Made by a program: the position numbers and the translations under genes. Positions 1 through 10,765 of a DNA stretch of 58,345 nt are shown here, in pieces. The stretch's first letter is position 1. Every line of letters begins with the position of its first letter. The notes beneath the pieces are model-generated. The model was given only the letters and a program-made list of their open reading frames with translations, was not told the DNA's origin and did no database searches. Source of the stretch: Candidatus Levyibacteriota bacterium (GTDB lineage: Bacteria; Patescibacteriota; Microgenomatia; Levybacterales; UBA12049); assembly GCA_016180725.1 (NCBI GenBank), contig JACPAR010000014.1, positions 1 to 58,345 on the forward strand, in the 5' to 3' direction.

Positions 1-815
1 TTTTCTAAAAGCATTGCAACGTTGACAGGGCCGACTCCTCCAGGAGTAGGGGTATAAAAGGATGCGATATTTTTTACTTTTTCTTCATCGTAGTCTCCAT
101 GCAGTTTGCCATCAGCTCCTCTATGTATACCAATACTAACCAGAATTGCATTTTGATTTATCATCTTGGGTTTTAGCATGTTTGGTTTACCGATTGCCGA
201 AATTATAATATCAGCTTTTTTTGTAAGTTCTTCTGGGTTTACCGTTTTGCTGTCGATAACTGTTGGATTTGCTTCCCATAGTTTTAGCACTTGGGTAACC
301 GGTTTGCCACCCGTTTCTCCCTTGCCCATTACAGCAATATTTTGGTTTTTAAGCCATTGTTTAAAATCCATATTTTTTTCGTTTGTTTGATGTTGGACTC
401 TTTTGAGAATTTCCAAAATAGCTAGACCTAAAGGCATGAGGAAAGGAGAATTGGCATGAAAGCCATCTACGTCTTTTTCCGGTTTTACAGCTAAAATAAT
501 TTCTTTGCCGTCCAAATGTTTCGGGACAGGAAGTTGAACAATTATGCCGTGAACATTCTTGTCATTGTTAAATTGTCCAATTCTTTTTAATAGCTCTTGT
601 TGTTCAGTTTCCGCCGGTAGTCTAAGGATGGTTGTTTTTATGCCAACAAGAGAAGTTTTTAATTCTTTTTGTCTAACATATGCGGCAGAGGCCGGATCAT
701 CCCCAACTAAAATAATTACTAAGTGAGGCTCTATTCCTTTTTGTTTATAATCCTGCGTTTTTTGGGCTAGTTTTTGAAGAATATCCTGGGCAATTGCTTT
801 TCCGTCAATTTTCAT
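1..815 (-). CDS. folD: Bifunctional methylenetetrahydrofolate dehydrogenase/cyclohydrolase FolD. The C-terminal end runs off the window edge.
   Basis: Absent from the ORF track because it is open at the window edge. The minus-strand translation from ATG 815..813 reads MKIDGKAIAQDILQKL...GIEPHLVIILVGDDPASAAYVRQKE...HGIIVQLPVP...YTPTPGGVGPVNVAMLLE, which are typical FolD motifs. I saw no stops in the parts I translated. Confidence 0.85.
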   Translation of the reverse strand, partial: MKIDGKAIAQDILQKLAQKTQDYKQKGIEPHLVIILVGDDPASAAYVRQKELKTSLVGIKTTILRLPAETEQQELLKRIGQFNNDKNVHGIIVQLPVPKHLDGKEIILAVKPEKDVDGFHANSPFLMPLGLAILEILKRVQHQTNEKNMDFKQWLKNQNIAVMGKGETGGKPVTQVLKLWEANPTVIDSKTVNPEELTKKADIIISAIGKPNMLKPKMINQNAILVSIGIHRGADGKLHGDYDEEKVKNIASFYTPTPGGVGPVNVAMLLE

Positions 816-820
816 TATTA

Positions 821-3346
821 TTAGCTTTCTTCAACACATGTTGCAGAAGTAATGCAATCGGATGGATTAGAAAACCTCATAAGAATTACTCCTTGTGTTG
901 CTCTGGATAATTTTGGAACAGAATCAATTTCCAGCTTTACTACCTGTCCTCTTTTGGAAGTCATAATAATTTCTTTACAATTGGCGGGAATAATTTGCGC
1001 TGTTGCAACTTTTCCTGTTTTTGCTGTAACTTTCGCTACTTTTACGCCTTGCCCTCCCCTACTCTGCTTGTGAAATTGATTGGCAGGAGTTTTTTTACCA
1101 AGACCTTTTTCCATAAGCGTTAGAAGATCCGGGTTATCTCCTTTGGCAATAACATCCATGCCAACAACCTGGTCATCTGCCGCTAACTTAATTCCTCTAA
1201 CTCCTCTTGTATTTCTGCCTAAGGGTCTTGCAGATTTTTCCGAAAATCTTATTGCTTTTCCGTTTTTTGAAAAGATTAAAACATCATCATCACCTGTTGT
1301 TAAATTACTCCACACGAGCTCATCGTTTTTATCCAGTTTTATAGCCGCAATGCCATTTCGTCTGATATTTTCAAATTCCGATAACTGTGTCTTTTTGACC
1401 GTGCCGTTTCTGGTTGATAAAAATACATAATCACTTTTGTTTCCTTTAAGATTATAGACTACAAATGATTCAACTTTTTCTCCTGCCTCAATATTTAATA
1501 AATTAATAATGGCTGTGCCCTTACTTGTTCTTTGAGATTCCGAAATTTCAAAAACCCGCAGCTGGTAAACTTTTCCTTTATTAGTAAAGAAAAGGATGTT
1601 ATCGTGTGTTTGGGCGCTTCTAATGTTCATAATGCTATCTTCGTCTTTTGTAGTCATGCCTTTTACGCCTTTGCCGCCGCGGTTTTGTGTTCTAAAACTG
1701 TTTAGAGATTGGCGTTTTATGTAACCGGTTGTGGTAAGAGTTACAACAGTTGGTTCGTTTTGAATAAGATCCTCATCGGAAAACTCTCCTACCTTGCCTT
1801 TAAAAACGCGGGTTCGGCGCTCGTCGCCATATTTTTGTTTCAGAAAAGTAAGCTCCTCTTTTATAACGGTTAAGATTTTTTCCGGATGAGAAAGCAAGTC
1901 TTCCAAATAGGCAATTGTTTCTTTAACCATAATAAGCTCGTCTTCTATTTTTTGCCTTTCAAGCGCAGCCAGACGTCTTAATTGCATATCCAAAATTGCT
2001 ACCGACTGAATTTCGGAAAGTTTAAACCTGGTAATTAAATTATGCTTTGCATCTTCCTGGTCTTTTGATTCACGGATTGTTTTTATAACAGCGTCAATAT
2101 GATCAACGGCAATTTTTAAGCCCTCCAAAATATGGAGTCTTGCTTTTGCTTGTCTTAATTCAAATTCAGAACGCCTAACAACAATTGCATAACGGTGTTT
2201 AAGGTATTCAAGCAGTATTGTTTTAAGATTAAGCGTTTGAGGCGTGTTATCAACAAGCGCAACAATATTTGCCGGAAAGATTGTTTGCAAATTAGTATGC
2301 TTATATAGATTGTTTAAAACTTTTTTTGGTACCGCATCGCGTTTAAGCTCTACAACAACTCTAATGCCGTGGCGGTCGGACTCGTCTCTTAGGTCTGTAA
2401 TTCCTTCGATCTTTTTTTCTTTGGCTAAATCTGCAATTCTGGCAACAAGTAAAGCTTTGTTTACCTGGTACGGAAGTTCGGTAATAATAATTGCAGATTT
2501 TCCCTGACCGATATCTTCTATTTCTGCTTTTCCTCTAATTATTACTCTTCCTCTACCTGTTGTATATATATTTTTTATTTCGGCTGAATCGTAAATTGCT
2601 CCATGGGTTGGGAAATCAGGACCTTTAATGTATTCCAAAAGTTCATCAACGGTAACTTCAGATGTTAAAGAAACAGAGGGGCTAAATGAGACAGAGGGGG
2701 CTACTTCGCCATTTGGCTCTTTTGTCTCTCTTAGCCCTTTTTCCACTTTTGTTTTTCCGATCATGTGAACGATTGCGTCTATAACTTCGCCCAAATTGTG
2801 CGGAGGAATTTTGGTTGCCATACCAACGGCAATACCCTCTGACCCCATTAAAAGTAAATTTGGTAATTTTGCCGGAAGAAAAGTAGGTTCTTTAAGTGTT
2901 GCGTCAAAGTTTGGAATAAAACCAACTGTTTCTTTATCTAAATCATAAAGCATTTCGGAGGTAATAGCTGCCATTCTGGCTTCTGTATAACGCATGGCAG
3001 CCGGCGGATCTCCGTCCATGGAACCAAAGTTTCCCTGTCCGTCAATAAGCGGATATCGCATTGAAAAATCTTGTGCCAAGCGAACCAATGCATCGTAAAT
3101 CGGCATGTCTCCATGAGGATGGTATTTACCCATAACCTCTCCGACAATTTTTGCCGATTTTGAATATTTTGCGCTGTGTGTGAGGTTTAATTCGTGTAGA
3201 GCAAAAAGAATTCTTCTGTGAACCGGTTTTAGACCGTCTCTTACGTCCGGAAGCGCCCTTGAAACAATAACACTCATTGCGTAATCAAGGTACGCCTTCT
3301 TCATTTCTGTTGATATTTCTGTTTTTTGTAATTTACCAATATTCAT
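821..3346 (-). CDS. gyrA: DNA gyrase subunit A
   Basis: 841 aa. N-terminus has [23 protein letters not shown] and YHPHGD, with active-site AAMRYTE. C-terminal beta-pinwheel repeats are present. Confidence 0.97.
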   Translation of the reverse strand: MNIGKLQKTEISTEMKKAYLDYAMSVIVSRALPDVRDGLKPVHRRILFALHELNLTHSAKYSKSAKIVGEVMGKYHPHGDMPIYDALVRLAQDFSMRYPLIDGQGNFGSMDGDPPAAMRYTEARMAAITSEMLYDLDKETVGFIPNFDATLKEPTFLPAKLPNLLLMGSEGIAVGMATKIPPHNLGEVIDAIVHMIGKTKVEKGLRETKEPNGEVAPSVSFSPSVSLTSEVTVDELLEYIKGPDFPTHGAIYDSAEIKNIYTTGRGRVIIRGKAEIEDIGQGKSAIIITELPYQVNKALLVARIADLAKEKKIEGITDLRDESDRHGIRVVVELKRDAVPKKVLNNLYKHTNLQTIFPANIVALVDNTPQTLNLKTILLEYLKHRYAIVVRRSEFELRQAKARLHILEGLKIAVDHIDAVIKTIRESKDQEDAKHNLITRFKLSEIQSVAILDMQLRRLAALERQKIEDELIMVKETIAYLEDLLSHPEKILTVIKEELTFLKQKYGDERRTRVFKGKVGEFSDEDLIQNEPTVVTLTTTGYIKRQSLNSFRTQNRGGKGVKGMTTKDEDSIMNIRSAQTHDNILFFTNKGKVYQLRVFEISESQRTSKGTAIINLLNIEAGEKVESFVVYNLKGNKSDYVFLSTRNGTVKKTQLSEFENIRRNGIAAIKLDKNDELVWSNLTTGDDDVLIFSKNGKAIRFSEKSARPLGRNTRGVRGIKLAADDQVVGMDVIAKGDNPDLLTLMEKGLGKKTPANQFHKQSRGGQGVKVAKVTAKTGKVATAQIIPANCKEIIMTSKRGQVVKLEIDSVPKLSRATQGVILMRFSNPSDCITSATCVEES

Positions 3347-3410
3347 AATTAAATCTCAAAACTCAAATGTCAAAGCTCAAATCTACAAATTAGATCTTAA
3401 ATCATCAATC

Positions 3411-3596
3411 CTACTTTACTTCCGTTGTCAATTCAATTTTTCCGCATTTAGGACACTTGTAAGCAAAAACTCGCTTGCCTATCTTTGGAAACATATTTGC
3501 TACTTTCATTAGTCCTTGATTTACGGAACTCCAAGAAGTTCCATAATCAGATAAAGAACCTTTCTCCATACCACTTTTACAAATTGGACAATTCAT
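3411..3596 (-). CDS. Small zinc-ribbon protein with two CxxC pairs; function unknown
   Basis: 61 aa, with CPIC near the N-terminus and CPKC near the C-terminus. Compact ORF between gyrA and ppa. Confidence 0.5.
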   Translation of the reverse strand: MNCPICKSGMEKGSLSDYGTSWSSVNQGLMKVANMFPKIGKRVFAYKCPKCGKIELTTEVK

Positions 3597-3617
3597 AATA
3601 AATTCACCACTTTTTTA

Positions 3618-3702
3618 GTCATTGCGAGGAATCCCGAGCTTGTCGAGGGACGACGAAGCAATCTCAATTCCGATTGGATTGCCGCGCTTCGCTCGCAATG
3701 AC
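3618..3702. repeat. GC-rich palindromic intergenic element of 85 bp
   Basis: Terminal inverted arms are gtcattgcgag (3618-3628) and ctcgcaatgac (3692-3702). The interior is much more GC-rich than the flanks. It lies between the ppa stop and the zinc-ribbon gene start. Confidence 0.7.
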
Positions 3703-3708
3703 AAGAAA

Positions 3709-4224
3709 TCATTTCAAAGATTTCTTTATTTCTTCCAACGCCGCTTCTCTGCTTTTCCACTCTTTAATCTTTACCCATTTGCCCGGTTCTAATGTTTTGT
3801 AATTCTCAAAAAAGTGCTTGATTTTGTTTTTTGTCGCATCCGGAATGTCGTTTACATCTTTGTATGAACCGAACAACGGGTCAATCTTAACAGATGGTAC
3901 AGCAACAACTTTTGTATCAATACCCGCTTCGTCTTCCATCTCGAGCATGCCGATTACTGTGCTTGGGATCACAACTCCAGACTGTACGCTGTATTCGCTT
4001 AAGACCAATACATCCAGAGGATCGCCATCGTCTGCTAATGTATTTGGCACAAATCCGTAGTTTGCCGGAAACAGCATTGCTGTATGTAAAAATCGATCTA
4101 CCATAATAACACCACTGTCTTTATCCAATTCGTATTTAACATTGCTGTCTTTTGGAATTTCAACAAAAATATTTACTTGTCCTTCTGCTGTATTTTTACC
4201 TGCTGGTATTTTTTTAATATCCAT
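3709..4224 (-). CDS. ppa: Inorganic pyrophosphatase, family I
   Basis: 171 aa, with VNIFVEIPKDSNVKYELDK...DRFL...YGFVPNTLADDGDPLDVLVL, the family I PPase signature. Confidence 0.93.
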   Translation of the reverse strand: MDIKKIPAGKNTAEGQVNIFVEIPKDSNVKYELDKDSGVIMVDRFLHTAMLFPANYGFVPNTLADDGDPLDVLVLSEYSVQSGVVIPSTVIGMLEMEDEAGIDTKVVAVPSVKIDPLFGSYKDVNDIPDATKNKIKHFFENYKTLEPGKWVKIKEWKSREAALEEIKKSLK

Positions 4225-4315
4225 CTTTTATTCACCCCCTTTAATTAGTTCAAAGTTTAAAGTGCAAAGTTTAAAGTTAAAGAATATTTATATAAAATAA
4301 AGTACCTTCACTTTT

Positions 4316-4434
4316 AATACTTCGACTTCGCTCAGTATTATCTCTTCAAGAGCCTGAAATATGCTTTCAGAGCCGAAGGCCTGAGTACAATCGAGTACAA
4401 TCGAAGGATAACTTTTAATTTTGAATTTTGAACT
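4316..4434. repeat. Structured intergenic repeat, copy 1: the 102-bp unit plus internal 10-bp and 7-bp tandem duplications
   Basis: The reverse complement of 13354..13455 matches base for base, apart from the duplicated gagtacaatc (4383-4402) and attluttga-type unit attttga (4418-4431). It lies between the gyrB stop and the ppa start. Confidence 0.9.
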
Positions 4435-4437
4435 AAA

Positions 4438-6414
<1,977 letters not shown>

Positions 6415-6461
6415 CTATAGAGATATTATACCAAATTTTGCTGAAATTTTCCAGAAGAAAT

Positions 6462-7721
6462 TTATGTTCCTTCTTGCCAACTGGAGAGATATTTTTTTTG
6501 TTCGCCTGTTAGCCTATCGATGCTGACTCCCATTGCCTTTAACTTAAGCATTGCGATTGTTTGGTCGAGTTTTTTTGGCAAAACATAGACTTTGTTTTTT
6601 AATTTCCCTTTGTTTTTAACAAGCCATTCTGCTGCTAGTGCTTGGTTGGCAAAACTCATATCCATAACTTCTGCAGGATGTCCCTCGGCTGCTCCCAAAT
6701 TTACCAATCTTCCTTGAGCTAAAAGATAGATTTTTCGTCCGTTTGGCAATACATATTCTTCCAAATTGTTTCTCATGGTTCTTTTTGACTTTTTTATTTT
6801 TTCCATGTAGGCAACATCAATTTCAACATCAAAATGGCCGGTGTTAGATAAAACAACGCCGTCTCTCATGTTTTCAATTTGGCTTGAATTAATAACGTGT
6901 TTGTTGCCGGTAGCAGTTATTATAATGTCCGCAATTTTTAAAGCAGAACTTAATTTCATTACTCTAAATCCATCCATAACAGCCTCTAAAGCTTTTACCG
7001 GATCAACTTCGGTTACGATAACATTTGCTCCCATACCTTTTGCTCTTGATGCTACTCCACGAGCACACCAGCCATAGCCAACAACCACAAAAGTTTTTCC
7101 GGCCAAAAGCATATTGGTTGCTCTTATTATTCCATCGATTGATGATTGACCTGTTCCATATCTATTGTCAAACATATGTTTAGTATCGCTATCGTTTACT
7201 GCAATAACCGGAAACTCCAGTTTTTTGTCTTTTTCCATTGCTTTAAGCCTTATAACTCCGGTTGTTGTTTCTTCGCTTGAGCCGATAATTTCTTTATTCT
7301 GGTTTTTTCTGTCTTTATGAAGAAGCGTTACCAAATCTGCACCGTCATCCATAGTAATTTGCGGATGGAAATCTAAAACCTGATTAAGATGTTTGTAATA
7401 AGTTGTATTGTCCTCCCCTCTTATAGCAAAGGTTGGAATATCATAATTTATTGCTAAAGAAGAAGCCACTTCGTCTTGGGTAGAAAGCGGATTTGAAGCA
7501 CAAAGCGCAACTTTTGCGCCACCTTTTTTTAGGGCAATTACTAAATTTGCCGTTTCTGATGTTACATGTAAACAAGCGCCGATTGTTAATCCTTTTAAGG
7601 GTTTTTCTTTTTCGAAGCGCTCCGAAATTAATCGAAGCACACGCATTTGCTGCATTGCCCACTCAATCTTTAGTTTTCCTTTGTCTGCAAGCTTAATGTC
7701 TTTTACGTCGTAGTTAGTCAT
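6462..7721 (-). CDS. ahcY: Adenosylhomocysteinase
   Basis: 419 aa, with DVKDIKLADKGKLKIEWA, the NAD-binding VVGYGWCARG(V)A, and the C-terminal LTGEQKKYL. Confidence 0.93.
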   Translation of the reverse strand: MTNYDVKDIKLADKGKLKIEWAMQQMRVLRLISERFEKEKPLKGLTIGACLHVTSETANLVIALKKGGAKVALCASNPLSTQDEVASSLAINYDIPTFAIRGEDNTTYYKHLNQVLDFHPQITMDDGADLVTLLHKDRKNQNKEIIGSSEETTTGVIRLKAMEKDKKLEFPVIAVNDSDTKHMFDNRYGTGQSSIDGIIRATNMLLAGKTFVVVGYGWCARGVASRAKGMGANVIVTEVDPVKALEAVMDGFRVMKLSSALKIADIIITATGNKHVINSSQIENMRDGVVLSNTGHFDVEIDVAYMEKIKKSKRTMRNNLEEYVLPNGRKIYLLAQGRLVNLGAAEGHPAEVMDMSFANQALAAEWLVKNKGKLKNKVYVLPKKLDQTIAMLKLKAMGVSIDRLTGEQKKYLSSWQEGT

Positions 7722-7726
7722 TAATT

Positions 7727-8668
7727 TTACAATTCTACCATCTCTTCAAATGCTTGTACATACCTTTTTTTGAATTCATCAATTGTAAACTTATGCTTTT
7801 GTGTTCCGTATTGTTCTATAGCATAAACTGCGGCTGTTGCGCCGATTTGTCCGCAAACTTTCAATTCAAGGTTTTTTAGATATCCTGTTAAAAATCCTGC
7901 AATGTAAGCATCCCCTGCTCCAGTGGGATCAACAATTTTAAGCGGTTTGGCAACGCCAACATTATATTTCTCACTCTTTTTTTCTATCAATGATCCTTTC
8001 TCGCCAAGTGTTGTAATAACGATTTTATTTTTTCCAAGCAATTGTTCTTTAGTTATTCCTGTTTTTTTAGAAATTAGTGCTAATTCATAATCATTTCCAA
8101 TAAGTATTTCTGCGCCGTCTACGCCATTTTCTAACTGTTCTTTAGTTATTCTTGGAATTTGTTGGGCAGGGTCATACAAATATGGTATGCCAAGTTTTTT
8201 TGTCTGATTTACAAATTTATTCATGGCATCGGGCATGGTTGGAGCAATAACTACAAAATCAGTATCTTTTTCTATCGATAAATCAACGTCTTTACGCATG
8301 GCTCCTGGATAAAATCCGGCTATTTGGCAATTATTTTTATCGGTAATCATAAACATATTTGCCGTGAATTCATTTCTAACTTCATTTATATAATGTGTTA
8401 AAACTTCGACTTTTTCCAGATGTTTTTTGTAGGTTTCGAAATCATTTTCTCCGGCTGAAGAAAGAATAAAAGATTGTTGTTTTAACAATGCAAGATTGTA
8501 AGCGATGTTGCCTGCAACTCCGCCGAAATTTTTGGAAAAATTGTGAGCTAAAAAAGAAACAGAAAGGGTTTTTAATTTGTCGGGCAAAATATTTTCCTCA
8601 AAGCTTTGAGGAAAATCCATAATATAATCAAAGGCCAAAGATCCGGTGACAACAATTTTTTTCATCAA
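7727..8668 (-). CDS. PfkB-family carbohydrate/nucleoside kinase, probably adenosine kinase
   Basis: 313 aa. Carries the PfkB signature DPTGAGDAY and an N-terminal GG motif (FGGVAGNIA). It lies 5 nt downstream of ahcY, which suits removal of the adenosine released by AhcY. Confidence 0.75.
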   Translation of the reverse strand: MMKKIVVTGSLAFDYIMDFPQSFEENILPDKLKTLSVSFLAHNFSKNFGGVAGNIAYNLALLKQQSFILSSAGENDFETYKKHLEKVEVLTHYINEVRNEFTANMFMITDKNNCQIAGFYPGAMRKDVDLSIEKDTDFVVIAPTMPDAMNKFVNQTKKLGIPYLYDPAQQIPRITKEQLENGVDGAEILIGNDYELALISKKTGITKEQLLGKNKIVITTLGEKGSLIEKKSEKYNVGVAKPLKIVDPTGAGDAYIAGFLTGYLKNLELKVCGQIGATAAVYAIEQYGTQKHKFTIDEFKKRYVQAFEEMVEL

Positions 8669-8730
8669 CTACTATTTTATCAGAAAATAGAAACTTCTAA
8701 AAGTTTAATTTTGAAATATTTTGAAAATAT

Positions 8731-9551
8731 TCCGATATGGGATCGGAACAAATACGACGAAACGGTACAGCCATTGTTTAATAATATTACTCCAGAATAA
8801 GATGTTTAATGTTTTCCAGTTTTCGAGCATAATCAGCTTGATCATCTATAATCATTTTATAAGATTCTTTGTTTTTAAAATGTGAAAGCACTTCTTCTGT
8901 GTTGCAGAAACCAGATTGTTGACCAAGATATTCAGGATAAGAGGAATATTTATAAGTATGCAGTTTATTAATTTCGATTATATAAGAAGAAACTGGATTA
9001 AGATGTATATATCTGCTAACATGAATTAATTGTTCATCGTCCTCTATTCTTGATGCCCCAAAATTTCCTTGAAAAAGATGTCCTATTCTTTCTTGGCGAG
9101 TGTTAAAATAATGACTAAAGCTATTAGTTATTTTCCCCATAAATTTGGAGACCCCATTATCTAATAATTGTTTTAGAAGAATGTGAACGTGATTCGGCAT
9201 AAGGCAGAATGCAAAAATATCCACAAGTTTTGCTGATGATTTTTGTAAACTGAAGAATATATTTTCTTTTTCCTCTCTAGAAAGTCTTCTAAAGTAAGAA
9301 TATTTTATTGGACAGTTTTTAAAGCGGTAATAATTCATTAATTCAATAAATCTTAAACAATCATTGCTACGTAAAAATATTGGTCTTTTTTCGACACCTC
9401 GATTATAAACATGATAGATTTCATTAATTGCAAGTATGGTTTTTCGACGCGCCATAGTTTTTAGATGTTATTTCAATTAAATCAACAAAATTACCGGATT
9501 GTCAATAGAATAACGATATGGGATCGGAATAGATATAACGATGTGGTACAA
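8731..9551 (-). mobile_element. IS200/IS605-like or RAYT-like unit: a Y1 transposase gene flanked by hairpin-containing imperfect direct repeats
   Basis: About 37-bp flanking repeats at 8733-8769 and 9514-9550. They share cgatatgggatcggaa (16/16) and then 14/21 positions, ending in ggtaca. The left copy forms the hairpin tccgat-atggg-atcgga. Confidence 0.6.
8787..9455 (-). CDS. HUH-family Y1 tyrosine transposase (IS200-like / REP-associated RAYT-like)
   Basis: 222 aa, with YHVYNRG, the HUH motif PNHVHILL, and the catalytic Tyr region RYIHLNPV. Confidence 0.8.
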   Translation of the reverse strand: MARRKTILAINEIYHVYNRGVEKRPIFLRSNDCLRFIELMNYYRFKNCPIKYSYFRRLSREEKENIFFSLQKSSAKLVDIFAFCLMPNHVHILLKQLLDNGVSKFMGKITNSFSHYFNTRQERIGHLFQGNFGASRIEDDEQLIHVSRYIHLNPVSSYIIEINKLHTYKYSSYPEYLGQQSGFCNTEEVLSHFKNKESYKMIIDDQADYARKLENIKHLILE

Positions 9552-9575
9552 AAGTGTCTTAGTTCATGTTTTAAT

Positions 9576-10244
9576 CTAAATAGAAGCAAGTAATTTTGGT
9601 AAATGAGCAATATCTGGAATAATATATTTTATTTTTAATTTTTTTGCTTCATCTTTTGAAAGATGACCAGTTAAAACAATTACAGGTGTTATGCCTGCTT
9701 TTAACGCCATTTCTACATCACTTTTTGCATCAGTAACATATATAGCTTCGTTTTTATGTACTCTGTAACGATCAACGATCATATTCAACATATATGGCGA
9801 GGGTTTTTTGTTATCTGGATTTTCGATATCCGAGTTCGATATTATTATTTTAAAGTACTTTTCTAATTTGAATTGCTTGGTTAAAATCTCTAAGCGTTTT
9901 CGTCTCATTCCTGCCCCAATCACTAATGTATATAATTTTGAAAGACGCGTTAAGACGCCTTTTGCTCCTTTTATTAATTTAATGTTTATACTGAAAAGCG
10001 GTGACCAGTAATATTTTTCGTATATTTTAACAGCTTTTGGAAGAATTTCCGGGTGCTCTTTTAATAATAATTGCAATTGATACTTATATCCTTTTCCCCA
10101 AATTTGAAGTATTCGTTTTCGTTCTTCAGATGGGTCAAGCGAAACCCCAACTGTTTCTAGTGTTTTATGATAACATCTGAAATATCCCTCATTTGAGCCT
10201 GTTATAATAACACCATCAAAGTCAAAAATAACCAACTTAACCAT
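9576..10244 (-). CDS. HAD-superfamily hydrolase (phosphatase, subfamily IA-like)
   Basis: Motif I is VIFDFDGVII; the later DA(K)SD motif is present. I chose the start at Met10 (MVKLVIFDFDG). The ORF-track start 10271 is the alternative. Confidence 0.8.
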   Translation of the reverse strand: MVKLVIFDFDGVIITGSNEGYFRCYHKTLETVGVSLDPSEERKRILQIWGKGYKYQLQLLLKEHPEILPKAVKIYEKYYWSPLFSINIKLIKGAKGVLTRLSKLYTLVIGAGMRRKRLEILTKQFKLEKYFKIIISNSDIENPDNKKPSPYMLNMIVDRYRVHKNEAIYVTDAKSDVEMALKAGITPVIVLTGHLSKDEAKKLKIKYIIPDIAHLPKLLASI

Positions 10245-10758
10245 ATTGGTTTCCTTTTCGTTGCCAATCATTAATTGCTTCTCGATGTTTGTATGCTATA
10301 TGTTCTGGAAGTTCATTTATAAAAAAATAATGCCAACTTTTGTCCTCTTTACCTAATTTAATTTCGCCATTTAATTTACCGTGATAAATAATATCGATAT
10401 GAATTCCCCTTGGGTCATTATCTATTCTATACACGCCTATTAAGCCTTCAACAATTACATCAGATCCTATTTCTTCTTTTGCTTCTCTTTTTATTGCCAG
10501 TTCTGCAGTTTCTTCATGTTTAATAAAGCCTCCTGGTAAAACCCAATATTCTTTAAAAGGATCACTTGCTTTTTGTAACATGAGGATTTTATTATCTTTT
10601 TTAAGAATTATGCTTGTAACAGGTTTTGGGTTATTCCAAAAAATAAAATCACAATTAGTGCACGCTTTAACTTCTTCATCGTCAATTGTTTTAAGAATTA
10701 ATTTGTTTGCACAATACGGGCAGAATGTGTAAAAGCCTTTTTCGTTTTTAGGTTGCAT
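10237..10758 (-). CDS. NUDIX hydrolase with an N-terminal zinc ribbon
   Basis: Zinc ribbon CPYCANKL...CTNCDF, and Nudix box GGFIKHEETAELAIKREAKEEIG. The start is placed at the internal Met (MQPKNEKG), which avoids a 59-nt overlap with holB. Confidence 0.8.
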   Translation of the reverse strand: MQPKNEKGFYTFCPYCANKLILKTIDDEEVKACTNCDFIFWNNPKPVTSIILKKDNKILMLQKASDPFKEYWVLPGGFIKHEETAELAIKREAKEEIGSDVIVEGLIGVYRIDNDPRGIHIDIIYHGKLNGEIKLGKEDKSWHYFFINELPEHIAYKHREAINDWQRKGNQYG

Positions 10759-10765
10759 GAGATAA

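Noticed and set aside
3347-3410. AT-rich oligo-repeats in 5' leaders. One set lies upstream of gyrA (tttgag/tttgac words) and another upstream of ppa (caaagtttaaagt x2 at 4250-4276). I considered them as possible regulatory repeats.
   Set aside because: This is low-complexity sequence in an AT-rich genome. There is no defined structure or protein-binding logic, and it cannot be told apart from compositional noise without genome-wide statistics.
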